In this document: piece by piece, positions 9,780 to 19,344 of the stretch
How positions within the stretch are numbered: the stretch's first letter is position 1
How the letters are laid out: each line of letters opens with the position of its first letter
DNA from: Chitinophagaceae bacterium
Lineage (GTDB): Bacteria > Bacteroidota > Bacteroidia > Chitinophagales > Chitinophagaceae
DNA: 64,000 nucleotides
Assembly: GCA_044348985.1 (NCBI GenBank)
Contig: JBIKRV010000016.1
Coordinates: 5,725-69,724, forward strand
Direction of reading: 5' to 3'
Program-made: the position numbers and the translations under genes
The notes under the pieces: model-generated
What the model was told of the DNA's origin: nothing
Database searches by the model: none
The model's input: only the letters and a program-made list of their open reading frames with translations

Positions 9780-10235
9780 ATGCTTAAAAGAATATGTACC
9801 CTAGCAATGATGGTTGTTTTGTTTGCAGCCTGCAGTATTTTTTCGCCCTATGGCAAAAAAGTAACCATCAACAATTCGTTGGAAATTTATATTAAAGGAG
9901 ATAGCACCACAGAAACGGATGCTAGAAAGTTGGGTGATTATCTTACCAAAACTTGGAAAGATATTACCAACAAGAAATCTTTTCAGCTGATTAAAGAAAA
10001 TGGTGGTTACACTGTAAAAATGGTGGTGGATACAGAGAAATTAAAAGCTGATAGTACTTTGGATATAAGTTTTATGGCTTTGCGTATGCTTATTGCCGAT
10101 GAAGTTTTTAAAGGCAGTAAAGTAAAACTGGTACTTACCGATAACAAATTTAAAGATGTAAAAACGTTTGATGATACTCCTGCTGCTGAAACACCTACAA
10201 CTGCAGCTGGTGATTCGAGTGGCATAAAAAAATAA
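9780..10235 (+). CDS. hypothetical lipoprotein
   Basis: Signal peptide with lipobox Cys (VLFAACS). No recognisable domain. Confidence 0.6.
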   Translation: MLKRICTLAMMVVLFAACSIFSPYGKKVTINNSLEIYIKGDSTTETDARKLGDYLTKTWKDITNKKSFQLIKENGGYTVKMVVDTEKLKADSTLDISFMALRMLIADEVFKGSKVKLVLTDNKFKDVKTFDDTPAAETPTTAAGDSSGIKK

Positions 10236-10260
10236 TTTCGTTTAATATACACTAATTAAA

Positions 10261-10297
10261 AGGTTTGATTTCACAAGAATCAAACCTTTATTGTTTT
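10261..10297 (+). terminator. rho-independent terminator
   Basis: 10-bp stem aggtttgatt / aatcaaacct followed by a T-rich tail. Confidence 0.65.
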
Positions 10298-10337
10298 ATC
10301 GGCTGAATAGTTATCTTTAAAATCCAAAATCAAACGA

Positions 10338-11645
10338 ATGCAAACAGCCTCAAAAAAAGTAGTGAATGCATGGGCCATGTACGACTGGGCAAATAGCGTT
10401 TACAATTTAGTAATTACCTCAACTATGTTTCCTGCATATTATGAAGCTGTAACCAAAGGACACAACAATGAAGTAAGAATTTTAGGTAGAACATTTGTAA
10501 ACACTTCTTTATACAATTATGCATTGGCTGTGGCATTCTTAATTGTGGCTATTATGTCGCCAATTTTATCTTCTATTGCCGATTACAAGGGTAACAAAAA
10601 ATCGTTTCTGCGTTTCTTTTGTACATTGGGGAGTATAGCTTGTAGTGGCTTATTTTTCTTTGATGCAAACCATGTTGGTTTAGGTATTGTTTTAATGATA
10701 TTGGCTTGCATTGGCTATTGGAGCAGTTTGGTTTTTTACAATTCCTACTTACCAGAAATTGCTGCTGAAGAGGATAGAGACCGAGTTAGTGCTAAAGGAT
10801 TTTCTATGGGTTATATTGGCAGTGTTTTGTTACAAATTATTTGCTTTGTTCTACTGTTTAAACAAAGCTGGTTTGGCTTAAATACGGATGGACAAGCTTT
10901 ACAAATTTCCTTTTTATTAGTTGGTATATGGTGGTTTAGTTTTGCCCAAAGAACCTTATTTATTTTACCTAAGGGAACACCCAGTGCCAACCGACCAGAA
11001 AAGAACGTTTTTGTAAATGGATTTATAGAACTAAAAAAAGTGTGGCGTCAACTCACCCATTTACCAGTTTTAAAACGTTTTTTATTCGCTTTTTTCTTTT
11101 ACAATATGGGCGTACAAACAGTGATGTTGGCAGCTACATTGTATGGCAAAAGTGAATTGGAAATTCCGACCACCAACTTAATCATTTCTATTCTATTGAT
11201 TCAATTGGTTGCCATTCCAGGGGCTATTTTAATGTCTAAATTATCCAGCAAAATTGGTAACCTGCAAACCTTAATGATTGCTGTTACCGTTTGGATTGGG
11301 CTTTGCATTGCAGGATATTTATTACCTAAAGGCAACATCAATGCATTTTATGGATTGGCTGCTTTTGTTGGTTTTGTAATGGGTGGTATACAAAGTTTAA
11401 GTCGTTCAACTTACGCCAAATTAATGCCTGAAACAAAAGACACTACTTCCTTCTTCAGCTTTTTTGATGTAACTGAAAAAGTGGCCATTGTAATTGGTAT
11501 GTTCGGCTTTGGTTATATTACTGAACTGGCTGGAGGCTCTCAACGAAACTCTGTTTTATCGTTAACAGGACTTTTTGTGATTGGATTAATACTACTCTAT
11601 TTTACCATTCTTGTTCAAAAAAAGAAAAAACATGCAACTGTATAG
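10338..11645 (+). CDS. MFS transporter (UMF1/Atg22-like)
   Basis: 435 aa with about 12 TM segments. N-terminus VVNAWAMYDWANSVY is typical of the UMF1 family. Confidence 0.75.
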   Translation: MQTASKKVVNAWAMYDWANSVYNLVITSTMFPAYYEAVTKGHNNEVRILGRTFVNTSLYNYALAVAFLIVAIMSPILSSIADYKGNKKSFLRFFCTLGSIACSGLFFFDANHVGLGIVLMILACIGYWSSLVFYNSYLPEIAAEEDRDRVSAKGFSMGYIGSVLLQIICFVLLFKQSWFGLNTDGQALQISFLLVGIWWFSFAQRTLFILPKGTPSANRPEKNVFVNGFIELKKVWRQLTHLPVLKRFLFAFFFYNMGVQTVMLAATLYGKSELEIPTTNLIISILLIQLVAIPGAILMSKLSSKIGNLQTLMIAVTVWIGLCIAGYLLPKGNINAFYGLAAFVGFVMGGIQSLSRSTYAKLMPETKDTTSFFSFFDVTEKVAIVIGMFGFGYITELAGGSQRNSVLSLTGLFVIGLILLYFTILVQKKKKHATV

Positions 11646-12501
11646 TATAGAAACAGAAAATTTTAAACTCGACGGAGGTGCTATGTTTGGCGTTGTGCCA
11701 AAAAGTATTTGGAACAAACTGAACCCAGCCGATGAAAATAATTTATGCAGCTGGGCTATGCGTTGTTTATTGATTGAAGATGGCAATCGCTTAATATTGG
11801 TGGATACTGGCATTGGCAATAAACAAGATGCTAAATTTATGGGGCATTATTATTTGCATGGAGAAAATACTTTAGACAAATCTCTAGCCAAACATGGTTT
11901 CAGCAAAGCCGATATTACTGATGTTTTCTTAACCCATTTGCATTTTGATCATTGTGGTGGAAGCATTGAACGTGTAAACGACCAATTGGTTCCTGCATTT
12001 AAAAATGCTACTTACTGGAGCAATGAAGTTCACTGGAAATGGGCTACTCAACCCAATGATAGAGAAAAAGCTTCTTTCTTAAAAGACAATATTTTACCGA
12101 TTGAGCAAAGTGGACAGTTAAAATTTATTGACACACCAACTGAAACTTTACAACAAACAGGTAAACTTTCTACAGCTACTTTCACAAATAATATTAGTGT
12201 TCGTTTTGTACATGGCCACACCGAAGCTATGATGTTGCCACAAATAAATTATAGAGGCAAAACACTGGTGTACATGGCAGATTTATTGCCAAGTACAGGT
12301 CATATTCCTTTGCCTTATGTAATGGCGTATGATATGTTTCCATTAACAACTTTAAATGAGAAGAAATCTTTTTTAACTGAAGCTGTTGAGAATAACTATG
12401 TATTACTTTTTGAGCATGATGTAGTAAATGAATGCTGTACTTTACAACAAACTGAAAAAGGAATACGACAAGGAGAAATACTTAAAATACAAGATCTATA
12501 A
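11632..12501 (+). CDS. MBL-fold metallo-hydrolase
   Basis: HLHFDHCGG (HxHxDH) motif. First ATG at 11632; the track start at 11611 overlaps the upstream gene. Confidence 0.8.
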   Translation: MQLYSIETENFKLDGGAMFGVVPKSIWNKLNPADENNLCSWAMRCLLIEDGNRLILVDTGIGNKQDAKFMGHYYLHGENTLDKSLAKHGFSKADITDVFLTHLHFDHCGGSIERVNDQLVPAFKNATYWSNEVHWKWATQPNDREKASFLKDNILPIEQSGQLKFIDTPTETLQQTGKLSTATFTNNISVRFVHGHTEAMMLPQINYRGKTLVYMADLLPSTGHIPLPYVMAYDMFPLTTLNEKKSFLTEAVENNYVLLFEHDVVNECCTLQQTEKGIRQGEILKIQDL

Positions 12502-12504
12502 AAT

Positions 12505-12534
12505 AAGAAAGGGCTGCAATTGCAACCCTTTCTT
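12505..12534. terminator. bidirectional terminator hairpin between convergent genes
   Basis: Near-perfect palindrome aagaaagggctgcaattgcaaccctttctt. Confidence 0.65.
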
Positions 12535-12544
12535 GTAAAATATT

Positions 12545-13981
12545 CTACTCTTCGGCTGAAGCATCTTCAACAACCAAAGGCTCAGTTTTTTCTATCTCAA
12601 ATTTATCTTTCAGTTCAACAATTTTACCCCAGCCACCCACAATATTTCTTAAATTATGAATGCCTTGTTTCTTCATTAAAGAAATGGCAATTACACTTCT
12701 GTAACCACCAGCACAATGCACATACAGGTTTTGGTTGTCTTCAAAATCAGCCATTGTTCCTGGGTCAGATAATGTTGCTAATGGAATGTTGATGGCTTGT
12801 TTTAAATGCCCTTCATCGTACTCAGTATCTTTTCTAACATCTACCACAACTAAGTTTTCATCAAACGGAATATCCATTGCCAATTCATCATTCTCAACAT
12901 CAATTACCAAATCAACTTTTTCACCTGCATTTTTCCATGCTTCAAATCCACCTTTTAAATAACCACCAAATTGATCAAAACCAACCCTTGTTAAACGTAC
13001 AATACTTTCTTTTTCTTTCCCTTCTTCTGTAACTAAAATAATGGTTTTATCAAATGGCAATAAACTACCAGCCCATTCAGCAAACTTTCCTTCCAAACCA
13101 ATAAAAATACTTTCCGGAATAAAGCCTTCTGTAAACACCGACGCAGGTCGTGTATCAAGTATCAGCACATTTTCTTCAGCAGCTTTTGTTTTAAATGCTT
13201 CAATACTTAAAGGCTGCAAACCTATTTCTAACAAGGCATCTAAGCTTTCATATCCTTCTTTATTAATTTTTGCATTAATAGGAAAATATTGTGGTGGAGC
13301 AGCCAATCCATCGGTTACTGCTTTCACAAAATCGATTTTGGTGGTTTGTTGCAATGCATAATTACTTTGCTTTTGTTCGCCAATGGTGCTGTACGTTTCA
13401 GGACCTAAATTTTTGCCGCAACTACTGCCAGCTCCATGTGCAGGATACATAATTACCTCATCGGCTAAAGGCATAATTTTAGCTTGTAAACTTTCGTATA
13501 ACATACCAGCCAAATCTTCCATGGTTAAGTCAGCACCTTTTTGTGCTAAATCTGGTCGGCCAACATCTCCAACAAATAAAGTATCTCCTGTAAAAATTGC
13601 ATGATCTTTTCCAGCTTCATCTTTCACCAAAAAACAACTGCTTTCTAATGTGTGTCCAGGAGTATGTAATACTTGAACACTAATTTTTCCCAATGTAAAA
13701 ACTTCACCATCTTTTGCAACATGCACCGAAAATTTGGTTACTGTATCAGGACCATACACAATCGTTGCCCCTGTTGCTGCTGCTAAGTCTAAATGCCCAC
13801 TAACAAAATCGGCATGAAAATGCGTTTCAAAAATGTACTTAATTTTTACGCCACGTTCATTAGCCAATTGTAAATATTCATCAATGTCTCTTAATGGATC
13901 TACAACAGCAGCCTCTCCCTCACTTTCTATAAAATAAGCAGCCTCACTTATGCAGCCAGTATATAATTGTTTAATACGCAT
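12545..13981 (-). CDS. MBL-fold (persulfide dioxygenase-like) / rhodanese fusion protein
   Basis: ETHFHADFVSGH metal motif, C-terminal rhodanese domains and active-site loop HCAGGYRS. Probable start MRIKQLY at 13981; the track ORF extends to 14137. Confidence 0.8.
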   Translation of the reverse strand: MRIKQLYTGCISEAAYFIESEGEAAVVDPLRDIDEYLQLANERGVKIKYIFETHFHADFVSGHLDLAAATGATIVYGPDTVTKFSVHVAKDGEVFTLGKISVQVLHTPGHTLESSCFLVKDEAGKDHAIFTGDTLFVGDVGRPDLAQKGADLTMEDLAGMLYESLQAKIMPLADEVIMYPAHGAGSSCGKNLGPETYSTIGEQKQSNYALQQTTKIDFVKAVTDGLAAPPQYFPINAKINKEGYESLDALLEIGLQPLSIEAFKTKAAEENVLILDTRPASVFTEGFIPESIFIGLEGKFAEWAGSLLPFDKTIILVTEEGKEKESIVRLTRVGFDQFGGYLKGGFEAWKNAGEKVDLVIDVENDELAMDIPFDENLVVVDVRKDTEYDEGHLKQAINIPLATLSDPGTMADFEDNQNLYVHCAGGYRSVIAISLMKKQGIHNLRNIVGGWGKIVELKDKFEIEKTEPLVVEDASAEE

Positions 13982-14216
13982 ACAAATTATTTGCTGCAAA
14001 TATACAAATCTGAAATTGGGAGCTGTTGAACGAGGTGTTCTACCATTTGCGATACAAGAAAAATATGGGGCTATGTGCTGTAGAATATATTTCAACTGTG
14101 GTTCACCGCCCACCTCCAATTTTTTTGTAGCCAACACACAAAGCCAATTACAAAAAAGATTTCCGGCTAAGCAGTGCAGCTTTTGGGCTTTAAGTTAAGA
14201 AAGAAGCTGTCTGTTT

Positions 14217-14283
14217 GAGCTTGTCGAAAACGGGTTTATAAGTAGGTTTCTTCACACCGCCTTCGACAAGCTCAAGCTGACAA
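14217..14283. repeat. palindromic intergenic element (GAGCTTGTCGAA ... TTCGACAAGCTC)
   Basis: Perfect 12-bp inverted repeat (14217-14228 / 14262-14273) with a 33-nt spacer. The right arm continues as ccttcgacaagctcaagctgac, related to the 7404 motif. Confidence 0.65.
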
Positions 14284-14376
14284 TCCATTATTTAAATGAC
14301 TTTACCTTACAGCCTTTACTTTGGAATATTATTGAGCAATTCATTCTCAATAAACAATTCGTAATTAATAATTCTA

Positions 14377-15924
14377 TTACCCAGCCCAGCCCTCTCTATC
14401 CAAACTCCTGTATTGAATAGCTTCTGCTAAATGCTCAGCTTTTATATTTTCACTGGCTCCTAAATCGGCAATGGTTCTAGCAACTTTTAAAATTCTGTCG
14501 TAGGCTCTTGCACTTAAATTCAATCTTTCCATCGCTTTTTTTAATAAAGCTTCACTGGGTTTATCTAATATACAAATTTCTCTCAATTGCTTGCTGCTTA
14601 TTTGAGCGTTGGCATATAAACCTTCATGTTCTTTATAACGTTCCAATTGTATTGCTCTTGCAGCAATAACCCGTTCACGAATTTGTTCAGAGTTTTCTCC
14701 CTTGCTGTTGTTGTTACTCAATTCGCTAAAAGCAACAGGTGTAACTTCTACATGCAAATCAATTCTGTCTAATAACGGACCACTAATTTTATTCAAATAT
14801 TTTTGAACTGTTCCCGGCGGACAAGTACATTCTTTTTCAGGATGATTGTAATATCCACAGGGGCAGGGGTTCATGCTTGCAATCAGCATAAAATTCGCAG
14901 GAAAATCAATGGCAATTTTTGCACGGCTAATCGTTACACGTCTTTCTTCCATTGGCTGACGCATGACTTCTAAAACGGTTCTTTTAAATTCAGGTAATTC
15001 ATCTAAAAAAAGTACACCATTGTGTGCTAAGGAAATTTCACCTGGCTGTGGCGTTCCACCTCCACCAACTAAAGCAACATCTGAAATAGTATGATGCGGA
15101 CTTCTAAAAGGTCGTTTAGAAACCAAGCTGCTGTTCTCAGGTAACTTACCTGCTACACTATGAATTTTAGTAGTTTCTAAGGCTTCATGCAAACCCAATG
15201 GAGGAAGAATGGTAGGCAATCTTTTTGCCAACATGGTTTTTCCAGCACCAGGTGGACCAATTAAAATAGCATTATGCCCACCTGCTGCTGCAATTTCTAA
15301 TGCCCGTTTAATATTTTCTTGACCTTTAACATCACTAAAGTCAAAATCGAATTCATATTGATTGGCAAAAAATTCTTCTCGGGTATTTACAATTACAGGT
15401 TTTAATGAAGATTCATCTCCAAAAAATTTCACTACTTCATTTATATGCTCAACACCATACACAGCCAAATTATTTACCATTCCAGCTTCTCTTGCATTGG
15501 CTTTAGGAACAATCAGTCCCTTGAAGCCTTCTTTTCTGGCTTGTATTGCAATGGGTAATGCACCTTTTATTGACTGCACAGTTCCGTCAAGGCTTAGTTC
15601 GCCCATTAAAACAAAATCTTTCAATCGTTCAGGTTCGGCAATTTGTTCACTTGCACCCAATACACCTATAGCAATAGGCAAGTCGAAAGCACTCCCTGTT
15701 TTTTTAATATCGGCTGGAGCTAGATTGATTACAATTTTTGTACGTGGAAAGCTTAAATCATTGGTTTTAATGGCACTTTCAATACGCTGTAAGCTTTCTT
15801 TCACCGCATTATCTGGTAGTCCTACAATATAATATTTCAAATCGCCACCGCTTACATTTACTTCAATGGTTATTGAAATTGCTTCTACCCCATAAACAGC
15901 ACTGCCAAAGGTTTTTACCAGCAT
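14377..15924 (-). CDS. comM: YifB/ComM family Mg-chelatase-like AAA+ ATPase
   Basis: Lon-protease-like N-terminal domain and Walker A LIGPPGAGKTMLAKRLP. 515 aa, with the C-terminal Mg_chelatase_C region. Confidence 0.92.
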   Translation of the reverse strand: MLVKTFGSAVYGVEAISITIEVNVSGGDLKYYIVGLPDNAVKESLQRIESAIKTNDLSFPRTKIVINLAPADIKKTGSAFDLPIAIGVLGASEQIAEPERLKDFVLMGELSLDGTVQSIKGALPIAIQARKEGFKGLIVPKANAREAGMVNNLAVYGVEHINEVVKFFGDESSLKPVIVNTREEFFANQYEFDFDFSDVKGQENIKRALEIAAAGGHNAILIGPPGAGKTMLAKRLPTILPPLGLHEALETTKIHSVAGKLPENSSLVSKRPFRSPHHTISDVALVGGGGTPQPGEISLAHNGVLFLDELPEFKRTVLEVMRQPMEERRVTISRAKIAIDFPANFMLIASMNPCPCGYYNHPEKECTCPPGTVQKYLNKISGPLLDRIDLHVEVTPVAFSELSNNNSKGENSEQIRERVIAARAIQLERYKEHEGLYANAQISSKQLREICILDKPSEALLKKAMERLNLSARAYDRILKVARTIADLGASENIKAEHLAEAIQYRSLDREGWAG

Positions 15925-15945
15925 AATACGCTTCTATAAAAGTGT

Positions 15946-16656
15946 TTATTGATTAATTGACTCAAAAACATTTAATAAAATTGCTTCTGGATTAAACATA
16001 AATGAACCCTCATCTACAATTGCAGAAACATCCTTAATTTTTTTGAATTCCTTGGTTACACCGCTTGAAGTAAGCTTAATTTTTTTCAAGCCTTTAACTC
16101 CTTCTTCTGCATAGTAGTAATCTACCAATAAATCGTACTGACGTAAATCGGACTGCAGAATGTTATCTGAAACAATGCCCAAATCCGACTTATATTTCTT
16201 ATACAAAGAATATTTCTTACCAATAGCCAATGGCTGAAAAAAACTGTTTTCATTACTACCCAAACTAAACGAAGAAACAAATTTTACATTGGCTTTATAA
16301 TCGGTGGTATTTACACCAACTTTAAAAGAATCTACATCAGCTACTTTTTTTGTTGCCAATGGTTTGTTGCTTTTATCATAGATATTTATTACTTGAGTAA
16401 ACGTGTTATAACTCACCAAAACATCTACATAAGAACCATCTTTTAAATAAATAGAAGCAGGTAAATCTCCTCCAAAATAAAAAGCTGTACCTCTTACTTT
16501 ATAAGCACCAACTCTATCTAAGCCACCACCAACACCATTTTTATCTAACATTAGTTTATTAAAAGCCTGTGCTGGGTCGGTAAAAGCTGCACTTTGTGCA
16601 TTGGCTAAACTGAAGGTTACCAACAATAATACAAATTGAACAACGATTTTTTTCAT
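15946..16656 (-). CDS. hypothetical secreted protein
   Basis: Cleavable signal peptide (LANAQS). Last gene of the SusC/SusD strand block. Confidence 0.6.
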   Translation of the reverse strand: MKKIVVQFVLLLVTFSLANAQSAAFTDPAQAFNKLMLDKNGVGGGLDRVGAYKVRGTAFYFGGDLPASIYLKDGSYVDVLVSYNTFTQVINIYDKSNKPLATKKVADVDSFKVGVNTTDYKANVKFVSSFSLGSNENSFFQPLAIGKKYSLYKKYKSDLGIVSDNILQSDLRQYDLLVDYYYAEEGVKGLKKIKLTSSGVTKEFKKIKDVSAIVDEGSFMFNPEAILLNVFESINQ

Positions 16657-16672
16657 AACTATTATTTTAATT

Positions 16673-16704
16673 AAAAAGCCACACTAAGATAGTGTGGCTT
16701 TTTG
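16673..16704. terminator. bidirectional rho-independent terminator
   Basis: aaaaa gccacact aagat agtgtggc ttttt. Confidence 0.7.
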
Positions 16705-16727
16705 AAAGTATTGATTTATTTTGACAA

Positions 16728-17708
16728 TTATCTTGGTCCTACATAAAACAATGTGTCAAATATTTGCAAGGTTGGTCTACCTGGTTGTGTCATAATAATT
16801 GCTGCAAAAATATTTCTGGTTGCAGGATCCCATCTACTTGTGGTTATTGCGGTATTCATTGCAAAAGCTCTACCATTGGGAGGATTTACAAAATCGTTAG
16901 AAGCGGCAGTCATTGCATTTGTAGTTTCATTAAAAGTAAATTTAGGAGCAGTAGAACCAAAACCAGACCAAGTTGGTGTTGTAGTTTGTATAGGATGAAT
17001 ATAAGTGATAAAACCCCAAGCATCATACATTTTAACACTATTTGCTCCAGCAGTAATCATGTGAATAGATCCTTGGCTTGAAGTAGATCCAGGCCAAGTA
17101 AATGGTGTGTTTGCAATACCATATCCTGCTGCCCAATCAAGCAATTTAGCCCTTAATCTATAAGTTCCATCATATTTATTTTTGATACTAATTTTCACCA
17201 AAATGTCTTTTAAGTTAGATGCAATAGTATAACCAGCCTCATCAACACTAGCAATAGTTAAACCCATTGCATAAGACAATGTAGGATCCACCAAACTTGC
17301 ATTTGGAATAGCTATTTCAAAATTACCCATTTGTGAGCCTTTTGGAATTTTAACCTTAAAACTAACAACTGAGTGTGCTGAGGTTGGCAATGGGACTAAG
17401 CTTGTACCATTAGCTGTATTGTAATCAGCAATCAATGTTGGTTTTAGTACAAGGTTAACATTAACATCGGCTTGTGCAACTTGCCCAGCTTCTAAATTAA
17501 TATTAAAAAGTGTAACTACTTGTGGAGTTGCCTTTGCATCAATAGCAAAGTCTTTTGCTGGAGACTCTGGCATTGATACACCTAAAGACATACCAGTGGG
17601 GTCTTTAATGCCATACTCTTGATTATCGTATCCCTTATCTTTTAAACAACCAGTAAAAACTGCAGCTACAAAAAGCAAGGAACTAAGTTTTATAATATTT
17701 TTTTTCAT
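16728..17708 (-). CDS. PUL-associated surface lipoprotein (SusE/F- or DUF1735-like)
   Basis: Lipobox (AAVFTGCLKD) and position immediately downstream of the SusD-like gene. Start MKKNII at 17708. Confidence 0.6.
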   Translation of the reverse strand: MKKNIIKLSSLLFVAAVFTGCLKDKGYDNQEYGIKDPTGMSLGVSMPESPAKDFAIDAKATPQVVTLFNINLEAGQVAQADVNVNLVLKPTLIADYNTANGTSLVPLPTSAHSVVSFKVKIPKGSQMGNFEIAIPNASLVDPTLSYAMGLTIASVDEAGYTIASNLKDILVKISIKNKYDGTYRLRAKLLDWAAGYGIANTPFTWPGSTSSQGSIHMITAGANSVKMYDAWGFITYIHPIQTTTPTWSGFGSTAPKFTFNETTNAMTAASNDFVNPPNGRAFAMNTAITTSRWDPATRNIFAAIIMTQPGRPTLQIFDTLFYVGPR

Positions 17709-17743
17709 TTGATAATATTTTATTTTATAATAAATATACATTA

Positions 17744-19318
17744 TTAACGATCCCAGAATATTTTTGTTTGAGCAGTAATTGCACCTTGGGCACTTACAGC
17801 TGCAGCGTTATAGTTATATTCATTTTGTGGATACATTAATCTGGTAGGTATTTTATTGCTACCGACACCTGGAGAAACTGATAGTTTAGGCCCAGTTGCA
17901 TAACCACTATTTCCACCACCATAAATAATGTCAGTTCTTCTCCAATCAGTCCAAACTTCTAAAGGGTTAATTGCATTTAAAGCAAACATTTTTTGAGACA
18001 AGATGGTATAATTTTTATCGCCAGTTGCTGTTGCAGTTGGTGAAGCTGGAGTTGAAGCAGCACTAATATCGCAATCAGTATAAGTAGCATTAAAACTTAA
18101 ATAGGTAGTTGCGGCTGTTACTGCATTAGGAACATTTAACCATTTAAATGATTCGGTTACTGCATTGGCTAACATAGTAGTAGCATTACCTGTTATAAAA
18201 CCTCGTTGTATGGCTTCAGCTTGTAAAAACATACTTTCGGCAGCAGAAAAAACCATTTGAGCACTATCAAAATTTCTGCCAACACCTGGTCCAATTAGTG
18301 ATAAACTGCCAAAAGCATTTTGAGTTAATGGTGGTAATCCATAATCAACTCCAACATAAGCAGTTCCAGTACCACCAGCTGGTGCATAAAAACGATTTCT
18401 TCTTGGGTCTCCATTCCATGTATAATATTCTATACCCCATTTGTTAGCAGCATAATATCGATTACTACCAGTTTGGTTTCCAGCATTGTCCTTAATGTAT
18501 AAATTAAAAAAAGGATTTGGTTTATCTTGTCGGTAACCTGGTTGTGCTTGTACATTTTCATTTGCACCTAAAAAACCGGAAAAACCTGTAACATTAAATT
18601 TAGCCAACTCAGCAGTTCTATTAAATTCAGAACTTGGTACTTTAAATAAATGAATAATCATTCTTAATCTTAAAGTATTGGCAAATCTTATCCAAGAACC
18701 GGCATTCCCTTTAAAATAAATGTCGTTCTCAATGATTCCCTTGTTAGGACCAGTTGTACTAGCGGTACCTAATAAAGTTATAGCAGTATCTAACTGTTTA
18801 AACAAGTCTTTATATACATCAAGACCATTATCGTAACTGGGAGTTATCAAACCCTCAGCACCTTTTCCTGCTTGTGAATAAGGTACATTATTATAAACAT
18901 CTACTAAAATTGCTGTGTTATGAGTTCTCATAATTCTGGCAATAGCCTCATAAAATCCAGCTCCCCCAGCTTTTGCCTTTTCAATTACTATTTGGTAATC
19001 ATAATTATTATCTAACAAGCCATTCCAGATTCCATTTCCGAAACCAGTTGTTATAGAGTATGTTTCTTCGACAGAAGCAGCAGAAAAGCTTCCACTTCTT
19101 GCCCAATAGCCCATCCAGTTTTGCATAAATCCCCAAGATGTTGCTATTGAATTTGCAGATGCACTTAATGCGGCTGGTAAAACTACATCGTAGGTAACGT
19201 TACCAGCAGTAACATTATTTGGATTGGCATTAATATCGAAGTATGATTTTTTACAACTTTGGTTTGCAATCATTACTGTAGCAAGTACCAAGGTTATTAT
19301 AGAGATTTTTTTCATCAT
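17744..19318 (-). CDS. SusD/RagB family nutrient-binding outer membrane lipoprotein
   Basis: Lipobox (IANQSCKK), 524 aa, adjacent to a SusC-like gene, with the characteristic C-terminal W..R end. Confidence 0.88.
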   Translation of the reverse strand: MMKKISIITLVLATVMIANQSCKKSYFDINANPNNVTAGNVTYDVVLPAALSASANSIATSWGFMQNWMGYWARSGSFSAASVEETYSITTGFGNGIWNGLLDNNYDYQIVIEKAKAGGAGFYEAIARIMRTHNTAILVDVYNNVPYSQAGKGAEGLITPSYDNGLDVYKDLFKQLDTAITLLGTASTTGPNKGIIENDIYFKGNAGSWIRFANTLRLRMIIHLFKVPSSEFNRTAELAKFNVTGFSGFLGANENVQAQPGYRQDKPNPFFNLYIKDNAGNQTGSNRYYAANKWGIEYYTWNGDPRRNRFYAPAGGTGTAYVGVDYGLPPLTQNAFGSLSLIGPGVGRNFDSAQMVFSAAESMFLQAEAIQRGFITGNATTMLANAVTESFKWLNVPNAVTAATTYLSFNATYTDCDISAASTPASPTATATGDKNYTILSQKMFALNAINPLEVWTDWRRTDIIYGGGNSGYATGPKLSVSPGVGSNKIPTRLMYPQNEYNYNAAAVSAQGAITAQTKIFWDR

Positions 19319-19344
19319 TTACTTGTTTTGAATGTTTGCAAAAA

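Noticed and set aside
13982-14137. N-terminal extensions of track ORFs (12545..14137, 39177..41675, 57606..58457, 58436.., 26741.., 11611.., 38516..38872)
   Set aside because: In each case the conserved protein begins at a downstream ATG (MRIKQLY, MTISYNW, MEHLF, MNNLRMKK, MNKDLL, MQLYSIE, MFEEL). The extension overlaps a neighbouring gene or repeat, so I trimmed the starts.
15362-15832. Antisense ORFs inside long genes (for example 15362..15832 in comM, 13041..13361 and 13383..13604 in the MBL-rhodanese gene, 42813..43184 in dnaB, 54671..55078 across argB/argE, 52615..52989 opposite argF')
   Set aside because: Each lies entirely opposite a confidently identified conserved gene and has no motifs of its own. 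These are shadow ORFs.
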